This document shows, piece by piece, positions 52,985-63,140 of a DNA stretch of 64,000 nt. Positions within the stretch are counted from its first letter, which is position 1. Each line of letters begins with the position of its first letter. Under the pieces are notes generated by a model that saw only the letters and a program-made list of their open reading frames with translations, ran no database searches and had not been told where the DNA came from. The stretch is taken from positions 49,466-113,465 of the forward strand of contig JAGXLU010000002.1 in NCBI GenBank assembly GCA_018334565.1. The letters run 5' to 3'. A program made the translations under genes and the position numbers. Source of the stretch: Halanaerobiales bacterium (GTDB taxonomy: Bacteria > Bacillota > Halanaerobiia > Halanaerobiales > M55B127).

Positions 52985-53662
52985 ATGTCTTATAAAGTAT
53001 ATCTTGTAGAGGATGATAAGAGCCTAAATAAAATATTAACTTCCTATCTTCAAAATGAAGACTGGGCTGTTAAATCTTTTCAAAATGGTTTGTCGGCAAA
53101 AAATGCAATAGATGAAAAGCCGGATATCTGGATTTTAGATATTATGCTACCGGACATAGATGGGTTTGAATTAATTGATATCATCAAAGAAAAGTATCCT
53201 GATAAACCTGTTATCTTTATCTCAGCCAGAGACCAGGACCTTGACAGAATTACCGGATTAGAGAAAGGTAGTGATGATTATATTGCCAAGCCCTTTTCCC
53301 CTCGTGAATTGGTTATCAGGATAAAAAAAATATTTAAAAGAATATACGGTAATAACGAGAAAAACAAAAATATTGAATACGGTGAATATGTTATTGACCT
53401 TACAGGTAGAGTAGTTAAGAAAAAAGATGATCCAGAAGAAATTGTTGATTTAACCTCCCGGGAGTTTGATTTGCTTAGGTATTTTGTTGATAATATTTCA
53501 CATGCTTTGACCAGGGAACAGATTTTAAATAATGTATGGGGTATGGATTATTATGGTTCAGATAGAGTTGTGGATGATTTGATTAGAAGATTGAGAAAAA
53601 AGCTGCCTGACTTAAAAATTAATACTATATATGGACATGGTTATAGGCTGGTGGAAAAATGA
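52985..53662 (+). CDS. OmpR-family response regulator (CssR-like)
   Basis: VYLVEDD; WILDIMLPD; FISARD.DLDR..GLE.GSDDY; SDRVVDDL.RRLRKK. Confidence 0.9.
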   Translation: MSYKVYLVEDDKSLNKILTSYLQNEDWAVKSFQNGLSAKNAIDEKPDIWILDIMLPDIDGFELIDIIKEKYPDKPVIFISARDQDLDRITGLEKGSDDYIAKPFSPRELVIRIKKIFKRIYGNNEKNKNIEYGEYVIDLTGRVVKKKDDPEEIVDLTSREFDLLRYFVDNISHALTREQILNNVWGMDYYGSDRVVDDLIRRLRKKLPDLKINTIYGHGYRLVEK

Positions 53663-55026
53663 GTTTTAGACCTAAAAATCTTCCTCTGACATTTCAAATT
53701 TGGATTATACTGGGGCTAATACTAGGTGGTATAGCTGTTATTATTTCCTTTATTATACCGGTTATTTTGCAGTCTTCTTTTACAAATGAAACCTATGCCC
53801 GTCTGGAAGATGCCCAGGAGTATTTAGTTAGGCATGATGATATAAAAGAGGAGTTATTCAGCTCTTTTTCTATAGTCCCCGAGAGAAATAAGATGGAAAT
53901 ACCTTCTTTTAGGATAATAAGACATACTGTAATTACAAAAGAAGGTTTAATGATCAGTGGTTATACTCCTTCTCAATATAATGCATTATTTGTTGAGGGT
54001 GCCCTTAACCAGGACTCAAAGTTAAAAAGATATCAAAAAATACTTGATGATAAGGAGCTTTTTTATCTGATCAGGGAGATTGAGATCGATAGTACTTCTT
54101 TTTATCTGGTTTCTTATATTACGAGTGCTTATCGAGATAACCTAGTAGAAATGGTCTTTGATCAGTTATTGAGGGTGTTGTTGATTATTTCTGTAATCAC
54201 CTGGATAGCTTCTCTACTTCTGGCCCGTTATCTAACCCGACCGCTCAAGAAGTTGGAGAGCAAGGTCAAAAATATTGCTAATAAAAAATGGGATGTAGCC
54301 GTAGACTTAAACAGAGGAGATGAGATAGGCAGATTGGGTGAAGCCATAGATTGGATGCGCAGACAACTGATTGCCAGAGACAAAAAACAGCAGGAGTTCT
54401 TACAGGAAGCCTCTCATGAACTGAAGACCCCTATTATGGTTATCAGGAGTTATGTCCAGTCCATGATGGATGGGATAATTCCACAAGAAGATGAATCTGA
54501 AACCCTAAAAAATATTGAAGATGAAACCTTTAAGATGGAAAAAAGAGTCCGTTCTTTACTCAATATAACTAAAATGGATCACCTGGCAAATCAATCACTT
54601 AAATTAGAAAAGGTTAATTTGCATGATCTAATTTTAAAGAAAGTCAATAGATTTGAATGGCGTAATATAGATATAGATTGGGAGTTGAACTTAAATGAGA
54701 TTATCTGTGATTGTGATAAAGAAAAATTAGAGGTTGTGATTGACAATATATTTGATAATCAGTTAAAATATGCGGCTGAAAAGGTTAAGGTAGATCTCTA
54801 CAAAGAAAATGAAGAAATAATTATCAAGGTATTTAATGATGGCCCGCAAATTGAAGAGGATAATGTAGATAATATATTTAAGAAATTTAAAAAAGGCAAA
54901 GATGGTGAATTTGGATTAGGACTGGCAATTGCTAAGTTTATTATAGAGTTACATGAAGGCAAGATAAGTGTTGAAAATGAAAAAGACGGTGTAAGTTTTT
55001 ATATAAGAATTCCTCCATATAAATAA
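53659..55026 (+). CDS. Sensor histidine kinase (CssS-like)
   Basis: PLTFQIW; HAMP domain; SHELKTPIMVIRSY; NQLKYA; FGLGLAI. Confidence 0.9.
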   Translation: MSFRPKNLPLTFQIWIILGLILGGIAVIISFIIPVILQSSFTNETYARLEDAQEYLVRHDDIKEELFSSFSIVPERNKMEIPSFRIIRHTVITKEGLMISGYTPSQYNALFVEGALNQDSKLKRYQKILDDKELFYLIREIEIDSTSFYLVSYITSAYRDNLVEMVFDQLLRVLLIISVITWIASLLLARYLTRPLKKLESKVKNIANKKWDVAVDLNRGDEIGRLGEAIDWMRRQLIARDKKQQEFLQEASHELKTPIMVIRSYVQSMMDGIIPQEDESETLKNIEDETFKMEKRVRSLLNITKMDHLANQSLKLEKVNLHDLILKKVNRFEWRNIDIDWELNLNEIICDCDKEKLEVVIDNIFDNQLKYAAEKVKVDLYKENEEIIIKVFNDGPQIEEDNVDNIFKKFKKGKDGEFGLGLAIAKFIIELHEGKISVENEKDGVSFYIRIPPYK

Positions 55027-55034
55027 GATAAAGT

Positions 55035-55061
55035 AGTGGCCGCCGGAAGGCGGTCACTCTT
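55035..55061 (+). terminator. Hairpin terminating the efflux/two-component operon
   Basis: AGTGGCCGCC-GGAA-GGCGGTCACT; weak T-tail. Confidence 0.6.
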
Positions 55062-55397
55062 GTTAAGATGATGTGCTTTTTAAATAAGTGAAAGTTATAT
55101 CTGTACTTTAAGAAAAAAGCATAATGATAGTTCATTAAGTAAAGATTGATATAGTGGTTAACCTTTCCTAAAAATCCTATGAGAAACAGTTAATTAAAAA
55201 CAATATATGAACTAAAAAATAGGTGGTATGTTGATTTAAACAATAAGGACTTTTATTTAAGATCAAGGGCAAATATAAATAATAAAATTATAAATAATAA
55301 AGGGTTTTTATTTATTTTTTTTCTTATATATATTATTATACACTTAAGAGTTTGTCACTTTAACTAAGACTTTATGAACAAGAGGAGGAGTTAAATA

Positions 55398-56270
55398 TTG
55401 ATTGAAAAAAGGTTGAAATTAAAGAATAATATAGAAATTAATTTAAAAGACAATCAAAAGGATAAACCCGCTCTCCTATTTTTGCATTTTGATTCCGCTA
55501 ATTTACATATGTGGGATGGGTTGATACCGCATTTTAAAGATGATTACAGATTACTTATGCCTGATTTGAGGGGGCATGGTAAATCATCTAAACCGGATCA
55601 TGGTTATCGTATTGAAGATTTGGCCATAGACATGCAGCTTTTATTAAAAGAATTAAAAGTTGATAGTTTTTATGTAATCGGAAGTTCAATGGGGGCAGAA
55701 GTAGGAACTGTACTGGCAGCTGAGAGTTCAAATAAAGTAAAAGCCATTATTAATGAAGGAGCTTTATATAAAAAAATTGGCAAAAGTAGTATAAAAAAAG
55801 ATAATATCGAACAAACAGAGAAGATTAATGAAAAGTTAAATGAAATAGATAAAAAAAGAGATGAGTATTATCAAACAGAACAAGAATATATTGAAACCCA
55901 GAAAAGGTTTTTCCAGAGGGCAGGTTTGTGGAACGATTATTTTGAAACCTATATAGAAAACAATGTTTGTAAAACAGATCAATCCAAATATAGATCATGT
56001 CATCCGGTCTATGCTTATAAAGAATATTTAAAAAATTACATTAATTTCGATTTTGCAGAGTATTATAAAAAAATCAATTGCCCTGTTCTCTTTTTACCCG
56101 ATAGATATGAATGGGAAAACGAGAACATAAAAGCATCAATTGAATCGTTCGGTAAGTTAGCCGGGCATTATGAAATAAAGATACTAAAGGGATTTATTCA
56201 CGAGTATGGTTGGATGAATGTGCCGAAAAAATCTGCCCAGTTGGTTCAAGGCTTTATCAAAAAGTACTGA
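55398..56270 (+). CDS. Alpha/beta-fold hydrolase
   Basis: PDLRGHGKS; nucleophile elbow GSSMG; INCPVLF. Confidence 0.88.
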   Translation: MIEKRLKLKNNIEINLKDNQKDKPALLFLHFDSANLHMWDGLIPHFKDDYRLLMPDLRGHGKSSKPDHGYRIEDLAIDMQLLLKELKVDSFYVIGSSMGAEVGTVLAAESSNKVKAIINEGALYKKIGKSSIKKDNIEQTEKINEKLNEIDKKRDEYYQTEQEYIETQKRFFQRAGLWNDYFETYIENNVCKTDQSKYRSCHPVYAYKEYLKNYINFDFAEYYKKINCPVLFLPDRYEWENENIKASIESFGKLAGHYEIKILKGFIHEYGWMNVPKKSAQLVQGFIKKY

Positions 56271-56295
56271 GATATAATATAATTTCATAACTATT

Positions 56296-56339
56296 ATTAA
56301 GGTCACACGGCATCTCACCGTGTGGCCTTAATTAATTTT
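56296..56339. terminator. Strong hairpin, probable (bidirectional) terminator
   Basis: TTAAGGTCACACGG-CATCTCA-CCGTGTGGCCTTAA. Confidence 0.7.
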
Positions 56340-56362
56340 ATCAAAAAAAATGAAATAAAGTC

Positions 56363-56419
56363 TTGACAGGGCACAAATCCTATGTTATATTAATAGTGCA
56401 TTAGTAAAGTAGTGCACTA
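56363..56419 (+). promoter_or_regulatory. SigmaA promoter with YtrA-type GntR operator
   Basis: TTGACA (56363), 17 nt, TG-n-TATATT (56386); inverted repeat TAGTGCA-N12-TGCACTA (56394-56419). Confidence 0.8.
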
Positions 56420-56443
56420 AATCAATAAGGAAGGAGGTAGCAG

Positions 56444-56833
56444 ATGAAAATAGAATTTAACACCTCTAAACCAATATATGAACAGGTTATTGATGAGATA
56501 AAAAGACAAATTGCGCGAGGGGAGATAGAGCCTAACGGTAAGCTACCTTCCCAGAGGGAACTGGCAAAAGAGATCGAGGTAAACCCTAATACAGTTCAGA
56601 GGGCCTACCGGGAGATGGAGAACCAAAACTTAGTTGAAACAAAAAGAGGTCGTGGGACCTTTGTAAAGGATGATGATAAAGTGATAAAAGATATTAATCA
56701 ACAGTTGGCTCATTCAGCTGTTAAGAAATTTATTGATGAGATGTCGGCAATTAATTATCAACAAAAAGAGATGATTGAATTATTGAAAAATGAGTTAGAG
56801 GGGAGGACTTATAATGAGCAAAACAGCAATTGA
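56444..56833 (+). CDS. GntR family regulator, YtrA subfamily
   Basis: PIYEQ; KLPSQRELA...VNPNTVQRAY; RGRGTFV; short C-terminus; precedes ABC genes. Confidence 0.93.
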   Translation: MKIEFNTSKPIYEQVIDEIKRQIARGEIEPNGKLPSQRELAKEIEVNPNTVQRAYREMENQNLVETKRGRGTFVKDDDKVIKDINQQLAHSAVKKFIDEMSAINYQQKEMIELLKNELEGRTYNEQNSN

Positions 56834-57512
56834 AGTGAGTAATATTAGAAAAAAATATCCCGGAGTGTTAGCCTTAAATGATATAAGTTTGAACTTTCCA
56901 GCCGGGCAAATTACCGGCCTAATAGGTCCAAATGGGAGTGGGAAATCAACCTTGCTGAAAATATTATCGGGATTGGTAGTTAAAGATTCAGGACGAATTA
57001 AAATCAAGGGAAGAAGGAAAGAAATTTTAATGAACGACATCGCCTTTTTACCTGAGTTAAATCATCTATATGTATGGATGACGATTAAACAAGCAATTAA
57101 ATTTTTTGATGAACAGTATCAAGACTTCAATACTAACAAAGCTGAAGAACTAGTGGAATTCATGAACTTGAAATTAGACCAAAAAATTAAGTCTCTTTCT
57201 AAAGGTATGGTAGGTAGATTGAAGCTCATACTTGTTCTTTCCAGAAGAACTCCTATCTTAATACTGGATGAACCGCTGGCAGGTATAGATCCTAATTCCA
57301 GGGCAAGGATACTGGAAAGTTTAATCAGTGAATATGAAGCGGACTTTCAATCAATAATAATTGCAACTCATGAAGTAGTAGAAGCAGAGAAATTTTTTGA
57401 TCATGTTGTGTTTTTAGAAGAAGGCAGTGTAGTATTAGAAGGCAATACAGATGACTTAAGAGCAGAATATAATAAATCAGTACAGGAACTGGTAAGGGAG
57501 GTATTTAAATGA
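56814..57512 (+). CDS. ABC transporter ATP-binding protein (YtrB-like)
   Basis: GPNGSGKST; LSKGM; ILDEP. Confidence 0.93.
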   Translation: MSKTAIEVSNIRKKYPGVLALNDISLNFPAGQITGLIGPNGSGKSTLLKILSGLVVKDSGRIKIKGRRKEILMNDIAFLPELNHLYVWMTIKQAIKFFDEQYQDFNTNKAEELVEFMNLKLDQKIKSLSKGMVGRLKLILVLSRRTPILILDEPLAGIDPNSRARILESLISEYEADFQSIIIATHEVVEAEKFFDHVVFLEEGSVVLEGNTDDLRAEYNKSVQELVREVFK

Positions 57513-58270
57513 GAGGTTGGCTGTCACTATTTAAAAAGGAACTGAGAACAAAGTTGTTTACTATTCTGGTATCTATCTTATTGATATCAGGCTGGGAGAT
57601 CTTTTTAATGACGAAGACAGAGGTGTGGCCGCTTGGTTTAAGTTTTGCGCTTGGCTTTCTACCCTTAACAATTTTTCCCTTGATTATGTTGATACAGGGG
57701 TATCAAAGTTTCAGAAAAGAGTGGAATAATCAAACAATATATTTATTGAAATCTTTACCCAGGAAGGGCTATGAAGTGGTTTCATCAAAATTGGTTTCCA
57801 GTACTTTAATATATATATTACTTACCCTTTATACACTGGGATTACATATGTTTTTTCACTGGTATCAGGTTAAATATTTGTTGAGAAATGTTCCTCCAGG
57901 AGTAGCGAACAATTATTCGCATCGGATGGCAGTTATTGCAGTGTTAATATATCTGGCAGTTGGGTTTGTACCCTATGTACTAAGTCAGTTTTCCTATCTG
58001 GTCAGCGGCTTTTTCAGTAAATTCAGATGGCTGGTAAGTATTGTGGTTTTTATTTTGAGTCATTACATATTGCTAAGATTAGGTGGATTAGTTGCGAGAT
58101 GGTTTAACTGGATGCCTGATATTCCTTTAGATGCGAGGTGGACTGGAGCAGGTGGAGAACAGTCCGTAACAATATATCTGGGAAGTGGTCCAATTATTGC
58201 TGAACTTATCATAATAATAGGCTTTTTCTTTACAGGGGCCTGGATTTTAGAAAAACAATTAGATGTTTAG
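57509..58270 (+). CDS. ABC-2 type permease
   Basis: About 6 TM segments; YLLKSLP....VVSSK motif. Confidence 0.8.
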   Translation: MRGWLSLFKKELRTKLFTILVSILLISGWEIFLMTKTEVWPLGLSFALGFLPLTIFPLIMLIQGYQSFRKEWNNQTIYLLKSLPRKGYEVVSSKLVSSTLIYILLTLYTLGLHMFFHWYQVKYLLRNVPPGVANNYSHRMAVIAVLIYLAVGFVPYVLSQFSYLVSGFFSKFRWLVSIVVFILSHYILLRLGGLVARWFNWMPDIPLDARWTGAGGEQSVTIYLGSGPIIAELIIIIGFFFTGAWILEKQLDV

Positions 58271-58282
58271 GGGTTGATTTAA

Positions 58283-59419
58283 ATGAAAAGAAAAAACATG
58301 ATAGCATTGATACTAATAGTACTGGTTTTAATAATGGTTATAGATTTTCAGATTAATGAAGAGGGTGTTTTAGAAGACTTTTTCAGTCAATTTGCTACAG
58401 AATCAATGTTGGAGCTAAGAGGTTCGGCTGGCATGTTCCCACATGATGAGGAGCCGCTGGCAGTAAGGAAAGCTAACTTCAGTTATACTGCCCAGGATAT
58501 AGAGGTCTTTTATTTGCAAAACGAGGTAGGTTCGATTGATATTAAGGGACATAATGGAGATAAAATAATTGTGGAGTATGAAATTAATATTTATGCAGAA
58601 GATAAAGCAGAAGCAGAACAATATCTAAATCAGGTAGTGATAGATTACGCTGTAACTAAAAGAGATTTTGAACTTTTTACAGATCGGCCCGAGTCTTTAC
58701 CAGACAGTGTCAGGGGGGTTGAAATATTATTTGATATAGCGGTCCCCCGGGATATATTTTTGGATTTATCCAATAAATATGGGGATGTTAATGTGCGAGA
58801 TTTCCAATCCGGCCTTATTTTAGAATCCAGATATACCACAACAAAAGTTGCTTTTGTCAGAGGGGATATTTCTATAAATAATGATTATGGGACTTTAAAT
58901 TTATCTGATCTGGAGGGTAAAGTTTTTGTGGAAAGTTCTTATAATAAAAATGTTATGCAAAATATTGAAGGCAGCCTTATTTTAAAGACCAACTTCACGC
59001 AGAATTATTTAAAAGACATATCTGCAAATACGGAATTGATAGGTAGATATGGCCAAGGTGATATAGAAAACTTAACAGGAGAACTTAATTTAGATATTCA
59101 GTACATGGGGCTTAACTTAGATGAGATAGATGCCAAAATAAAAGGCAGTATGGAATATGGTGATGTTAATATAGAAAGCCTAAATAATGATCTTGAAGTG
59201 AGTTCGCGTTATTCAGACCTGAAAATTTGGATGAAAAAAAATTTGAGAGATCTAAATGTAGATGTTACTGCAAGACACGGCAGTCTTAAATCCGACCTAG
59301 ATTTGAATACAATCAAAGAAAATAATACTTATAAAGTGTCAGGTATAATCGGTCAGGGAAGTGTTGATCTAATTATCGATGCCTATCAGGCTGATCTTGA
59401 ATTAATCTATGAAAATTAA
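58283..59419 (+). CDS. Membrane-anchored beta-repeat protein (DUF4097/adhesin-like)
   Basis: N-terminal TM; repeated units such as NKYGDVNV, NDYGTLNL, MEYGDVNI. Confidence 0.75.
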   Translation: MKRKNMIALILIVLVLIMVIDFQINEEGVLEDFFSQFATESMLELRGSAGMFPHDEEPLAVRKANFSYTAQDIEVFYLQNEVGSIDIKGHNGDKIIVEYEINIYAEDKAEAEQYLNQVVIDYAVTKRDFELFTDRPESLPDSVRGVEILFDIAVPRDIFLDLSNKYGDVNVRDFQSGLILESRYTTTKVAFVRGDISINNDYGTLNLSDLEGKVFVESSYNKNVMQNIEGSLILKTNFTQNYLKDISANTELIGRYGQGDIENLTGELNLDIQYMGLNLDEIDAKIKGSMEYGDVNIESLNNDLEVSSRYSDLKIWMKKNLRDLNVDVTARHGSLKSDLDLNTIKENNTYKVSGIIGQGSVDLIIDAYQADLELIYEN

Positions 59420-59427
59420 CAAGGTAT

Positions 59428-59460
59428 AGTCCGCCTTGAAGAGGTGGGCTTTATTTTGTT
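59428..59460 (+). terminator. Intrinsic terminator
   Basis: AGTCCGCCT-TGAAG-AGGTGGGCT followed by a T-rich tail. Confidence 0.7.
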
Positions 59461-59646
59461 TGTTGTTGAATAGCAATTTGATGGTTAAAGTACATTATAA
59501 TATAATTTCTTCATTTTTTAATATTTATTTTAAAAAATGCATTACCTTCAAAGGACTTTTAAATTGATAATAGAGTAGAATTCTAAAAAATTATTAAGGG
59601 TTTGTAGTATAAGGTAGAATTAATTAACTGTCTCTGCTCAATTTAA

Positions 59647-59675
59647 AAAGGATTTTAAGATATATTATTGAATTT
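59647..59675 (+). promoter_or_regulatory. SigmaH-like promoter upstream of the hemolysin III gene
   Basis: AGGA (59649-52), 17 nt, GAAT (59670-73). Confidence 0.45.
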
Positions 59676-59788
59676 AGTATATAAGTAAAAATATTTTAAA
59701 TATATAATAAATGCTGTTAATATATTAATCTTAAATATATTATCGCTGACATACTCAATTTTTTAAAAATAAATTTAAGGCGAGGTTT

Positions 59789-60436
59789 TTGATGATGACT
59801 GAACATATACATTATACTAAAAATGAACAAATAACAAATACAATTACACACGGCATAGGTGTTATTTTTGCTATTTTTGCCCTAATATATTTAATAGTCA
59901 ACAACCAGAATTCAAGTGATTTTTATGAGATGATGAGTTACGTCATATATGGTTCAACCATGATAATTTTGTATCTCTCTTCTACTCTATACCACGGAAT
60001 ACAGGTTGAAAAAGCCAAAAGATATCTACGTAGTTTAGATCATGCCTCTATTTTTCTTTTGATAGCAGGTACTTATACCCCGATTACCCTGATTGCTTTG
60101 AGAGGCAGATTGGGCTGGATATTATTTATTACGGTCTGGACGATAGCTTTAATTGGTGTTATATTTAAGGTGTTTTTTGTAAACAAGCTAAAAATATTGA
60201 GCGTAATTATCTATCTTTTAATGGGCTGGATGATCATTTTTGCCATAAAGCCTTTGCTGGCTGCTTTAAGTGTTCAAAGTATATTATTTATGGCAGTAGG
60301 TGGTCTGGTTTATACAGTGGGTATACTCTTTTATGCTCTACAGAGTTTGGGCTATAAATACAGTCACTCTATCTGGCACCTCTTTGTTTTAGCAGGTAGT
60401 GTTTCTCATTTTATTATGATATGTTTTTTAGAATAG
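59789..60436 (+). CDS. Hemolysin III / PAQR (TrhA) family membrane protein
   Basis: NTITHGIG; SSTLYH; LDHASIFLLIAGTYTP; HSIWHLFVLAGS..HF. Confidence 0.95.
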   Translation: MMMTEHIHYTKNEQITNTITHGIGVIFAIFALIYLIVNNQNSSDFYEMMSYVIYGSTMIILYLSSTLYHGIQVEKAKRYLRSLDHASIFLLIAGTYTPITLIALRGRLGWILFITVWTIALIGVIFKVFFVNKLKILSVIIYLLMGWMIIFAIKPLLAALSVQSILFMAVGGLVYTVGILFYALQSLGYKYSHSIWHLFVLAGSVSHFIMICFLE

Positions 60437-60446
60437 GTGATAAATA

Positions 60447-61157
60447 ATGGAAAAGAATAAATTAGTTAAAGTGTTAAAAAACAATCCCTGTAAGAATATG
60501 GGTGTGATTGGTTTTGTGGAGAACAACCCCATAAAAAATATTTTCCAGAAAGGTGATTCTTATATTATTATAGGCAAAAGCGATCATCTTTGGGCTTATC
60601 CAGTAAGCTCTAATAAAAAGGAATTTTTAAGTTTAATTGGAGATATTGAGATTTCAACTAGATACTATGCTAATCTGCAAGATTGGATGATTCCTTTAAT
60701 TACAAAAGGAGCCCAGCCAGAATGGCACTTAAAAACCAGAAGATATTACTTTTCTGAAGATATATTTATAGAAGAACCCAGACATGAGGTAGATATTTTA
60801 AAAAAAGAGGATATAGATGTAATAATCAAAAATTTGAAATATGGGGATCACTTGACTTATGAGACCGTGTTAAACAGGATTGAATCAGGAATTTCAGCCG
60901 GGATCAGAATCGATAATAGTCTGGTAGCCTGGGCTATTACCCACGATGATAAATCGTTGGGGTTTTTACATGTTCTGCCCCAATATAGAAACAGGGGCTT
61001 GGCCAGTGATATCGCAAGGTATCTTATAAAAAAGAAAAGAGCCAGAGATGAAGCGGTCTATATTAATATAGAACCTGATAATCAAAAATCGATAAGAATG
61101 TCAGAAGGCCTTGGTTTTAAGTATGATAGAAATATCAGTTGGCTTAAACTAAAATAA
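60447..61157 (+). CDS. GNAT family acetyltransferase (FR47-like C-terminus)
   Basis: LHVLPQYRNRGLA; NQKSIRMSEGLGF. Confidence 0.85.
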   Translation: MEKNKLVKVLKNNPCKNMGVIGFVENNPIKNIFQKGDSYIIIGKSDHLWAYPVSSNKKEFLSLIGDIEISTRYYANLQDWMIPLITKGAQPEWHLKTRRYYFSEDIFIEEPRHEVDILKKEDIDVIIKNLKYGDHLTYETVLNRIESGISAGIRIDNSLVAWAITHDDKSLGFLHVLPQYRNRGLASDIARYLIKKKRARDEAVYINIEPDNQKSIRMSEGLGFKYDRNISWLKLK

Positions 61158-61174
61158 TACCATGGAGTGAGATT

Positions 61175-62104
61175 ATGATCGCAGTAATAGGAAGTACAAA
61201 CTTGGATACCGTTTACGAAGTTGATCATTTTACCCTGCCGGGCGAGACTCAAACTGCCTTAAGTTTAAACCAATATTTTGGCGGAAAAGGGGCAAATCAA
61301 GCAATAGCAGTAGCCAAAATAACAGATAGTGGGCTGCTTTTTTCTACTTCTATAGGTGATGATAAAGAAGGTGAAGAGATTAGTAAGAGATTTGATAGAT
61401 TTAAGATAGAAGGTTATCAAATACATAATGACACATCAAGTGGAAGAGCCTTTATTGAAGTAAACCGTAAAGGAGAGAATAAAATTGTATCAAATCCAGG
61501 TGCTAATAATTCCCACAGCCCGGACATTGTGAAAAGATTTTTGACTAAACATGGTCCAAAATTTAATTTTTGTCTGATCCAAAATGAGATTCCCAAAGAG
61601 ACCATTGCTGAATCCCTGAGATTATTAAAAGAAAAAAACATCAAAATTATATATGATCCTGCTACCAAGGAAAAAACTGAGATCGAATGGCTTACAGATG
61701 TGGATTATCTCACACCAAACCAGACTGAATTTCACTATTTGAAAGATAAGCTGAAAATCAAGAAAAATCATCTAAAAAAAGAGGCATTAGAGTTTAAACT
61801 AAGATCCGGTGTTAAAAACTTGATTTTAAAAAGGGGTTCTGACTATATTATTATAGTGAATAATGAAAATGAGATTATAAGGTTTAATACCTTTAAGGTG
61901 AAAGCAGTTGATACTACTGCAGCTGGAGATATATTCAATGCGGGACTGGCCGCAGCTTTAAATAATGGACTTTCTTTAGAAAGAGCCTGCCAATTTGCTT
62001 CAGCCGGGGCAGCAGTGTCAGTTACAAGAAAAGGCGCACAGAGTTCTATACCTAATAGAGATGAAATAGATGAATTGTTGAGCTCACATGACTTCGAAAA
62101 ATAA
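61175..62104 (+). CDS. rbsK: Ribokinase (PfkB family)
   Basis: GSTNLD; PGET; GGKGANQA; QNEIP; VDTTAAGDIF; GAQSSIP. Confidence 0.88.
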   Translation: MIAVIGSTNLDTVYEVDHFTLPGETQTALSLNQYFGGKGANQAIAVAKITDSGLLFSTSIGDDKEGEEISKRFDRFKIEGYQIHNDTSSGRAFIEVNRKGENKIVSNPGANNSHSPDIVKRFLTKHGPKFNFCLIQNEIPKETIAESLRLLKEKNIKIIYDPATKEKTEIEWLTDVDYLTPNQTEFHYLKDKLKIKKNHLKKEALEFKLRSGVKNLILKRGSDYIIIVNNENEIIRFNTFKVKAVDTTAAGDIFNAGLAAALNNGLSLERACQFASAGAAVSVTRKGAQSSIPNRDEIDELLSSHDFEK

Positions 62105-62128
62105 ATTAAAAGGAGCAGAGTTTAATAA

Positions 62129-62578
62129 ATGTATGAATTAAGAGAACCTGATTTGGATAATGGTAGAGATATAAAAAAATGTTGCAGGATATTAAAAAAA
62201 TAAAAATGGCTTTCAAAATAAGGCGAAGGGATTAAATTTTACAGAATTTAAATATTATTTAAAGGCTAATAAGAGGATGTCGAAAGGAAAAAACTGTTTC
62301 CAGATTATTTATTAGTTTTTAGTAGATTGCTATCCAGTTGGAATAGAAAAGTTGAGGCATCATCTAAATGATCTTTTTTAAAAAAGAGGCGGTCATGCTT
62401 CTTATGCTGTACGCAGATTAGAGCGAAAAAAGGTTAGGGGAAATTAATATTAATAGGACTTATAAAAAAAGCTGAGAAAAAAAACTTAACAGAACAACTG
62501 ATCACCTGTGATAGTAATAATACTGCTTCAAAAAAGATAATTGAAGCTAATGGGGGAAAATTAGAGAAGACAGTTTAA
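62129..62578 (+). pseudogene. Frameshifted GNAT acetyltransferase (COG3981-like)
   Basis: Fragments in shifting frames: MYELREPDL; LRHHLND..KRGGHASYAVRRLERKK; LITCDSNNTASKKIIEANGGKLE. Confidence 0.75.
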
Positions 62579-62637
62579 AAAGAATGCTTTTATAAGAAAA
62601 AGATCAGCTTATGATGTCTAATGTTAGGAGGAATATA

Positions 62638-63126
62638 ATGGGTAAAGATATTATGGAAGTTTTTGTTGAAATTCCTAAGGGAAGCAATAATAAATATGAA
62701 TATGATAAAAAAAAGGAAGCGTTTAGATTGGATCGGGTTCTCTTTTCACCTGTATATTACCCTGCTGACTACGGTTATATAGAAGAAACTCTGGCTGATG
62801 ATGGAGATGCTCTGGATGCTATGGTATTAACAACCTTCCCCACTTTTCCCGGTTGTATTATAAGAGCTCGCATCATAGGGATGTTCATCATGAAAGATGA
62901 AAAAGGTAGAGATGAAAAAATCTTGGGAGTTCCTCTCAATGATCCTAGGTTTGATAATATTGAATCTATTGATGATCTGGAAGTGCATATTCTCAAAGAA
63001 TTTAGGCATTTTTTTGAAGTGTATAAAAACTTAGAAGATAAAAAAGTAAGTATCAAGGGCTGGGCAAATATAAAAGAAGCGGTTTCAATAATAGAGAAAG
63101 CTAAAGAAAGGTATAAAAATAATTAA
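62638..63126 (+). CDS. ppa: Soluble inorganic pyrophosphatase, family I
   Basis: EIPKGS.NKYE; LDRVL....YP.DYG; DGDALD; DEKI; FFEVYK.LE. ATG 62638 follows AGGAGG. Confidence 0.95.
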   Translation: MGKDIMEVFVEIPKGSNNKYEYDKKKEAFRLDRVLFSPVYYPADYGYIEETLADDGDALDAMVLTTFPTFPGCIIRARIIGMFIMKDEKGRDEKILGVPLNDPRFDNIESIDDLEVHILKEFRHFFEVYKNLEDKKVSIKGWANIKEAVSIIEKAKERYKNN

Positions 63127-63140
63127 TGAGGTTTTAATAG

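Noticed and set aside
1902-63056. Many short ORFs (60-130 aa) antisense to or overlapping long genes in the ORF track
   Set aside because: They are shadows of well-supported genes, with no recognisable motifs or start signals.
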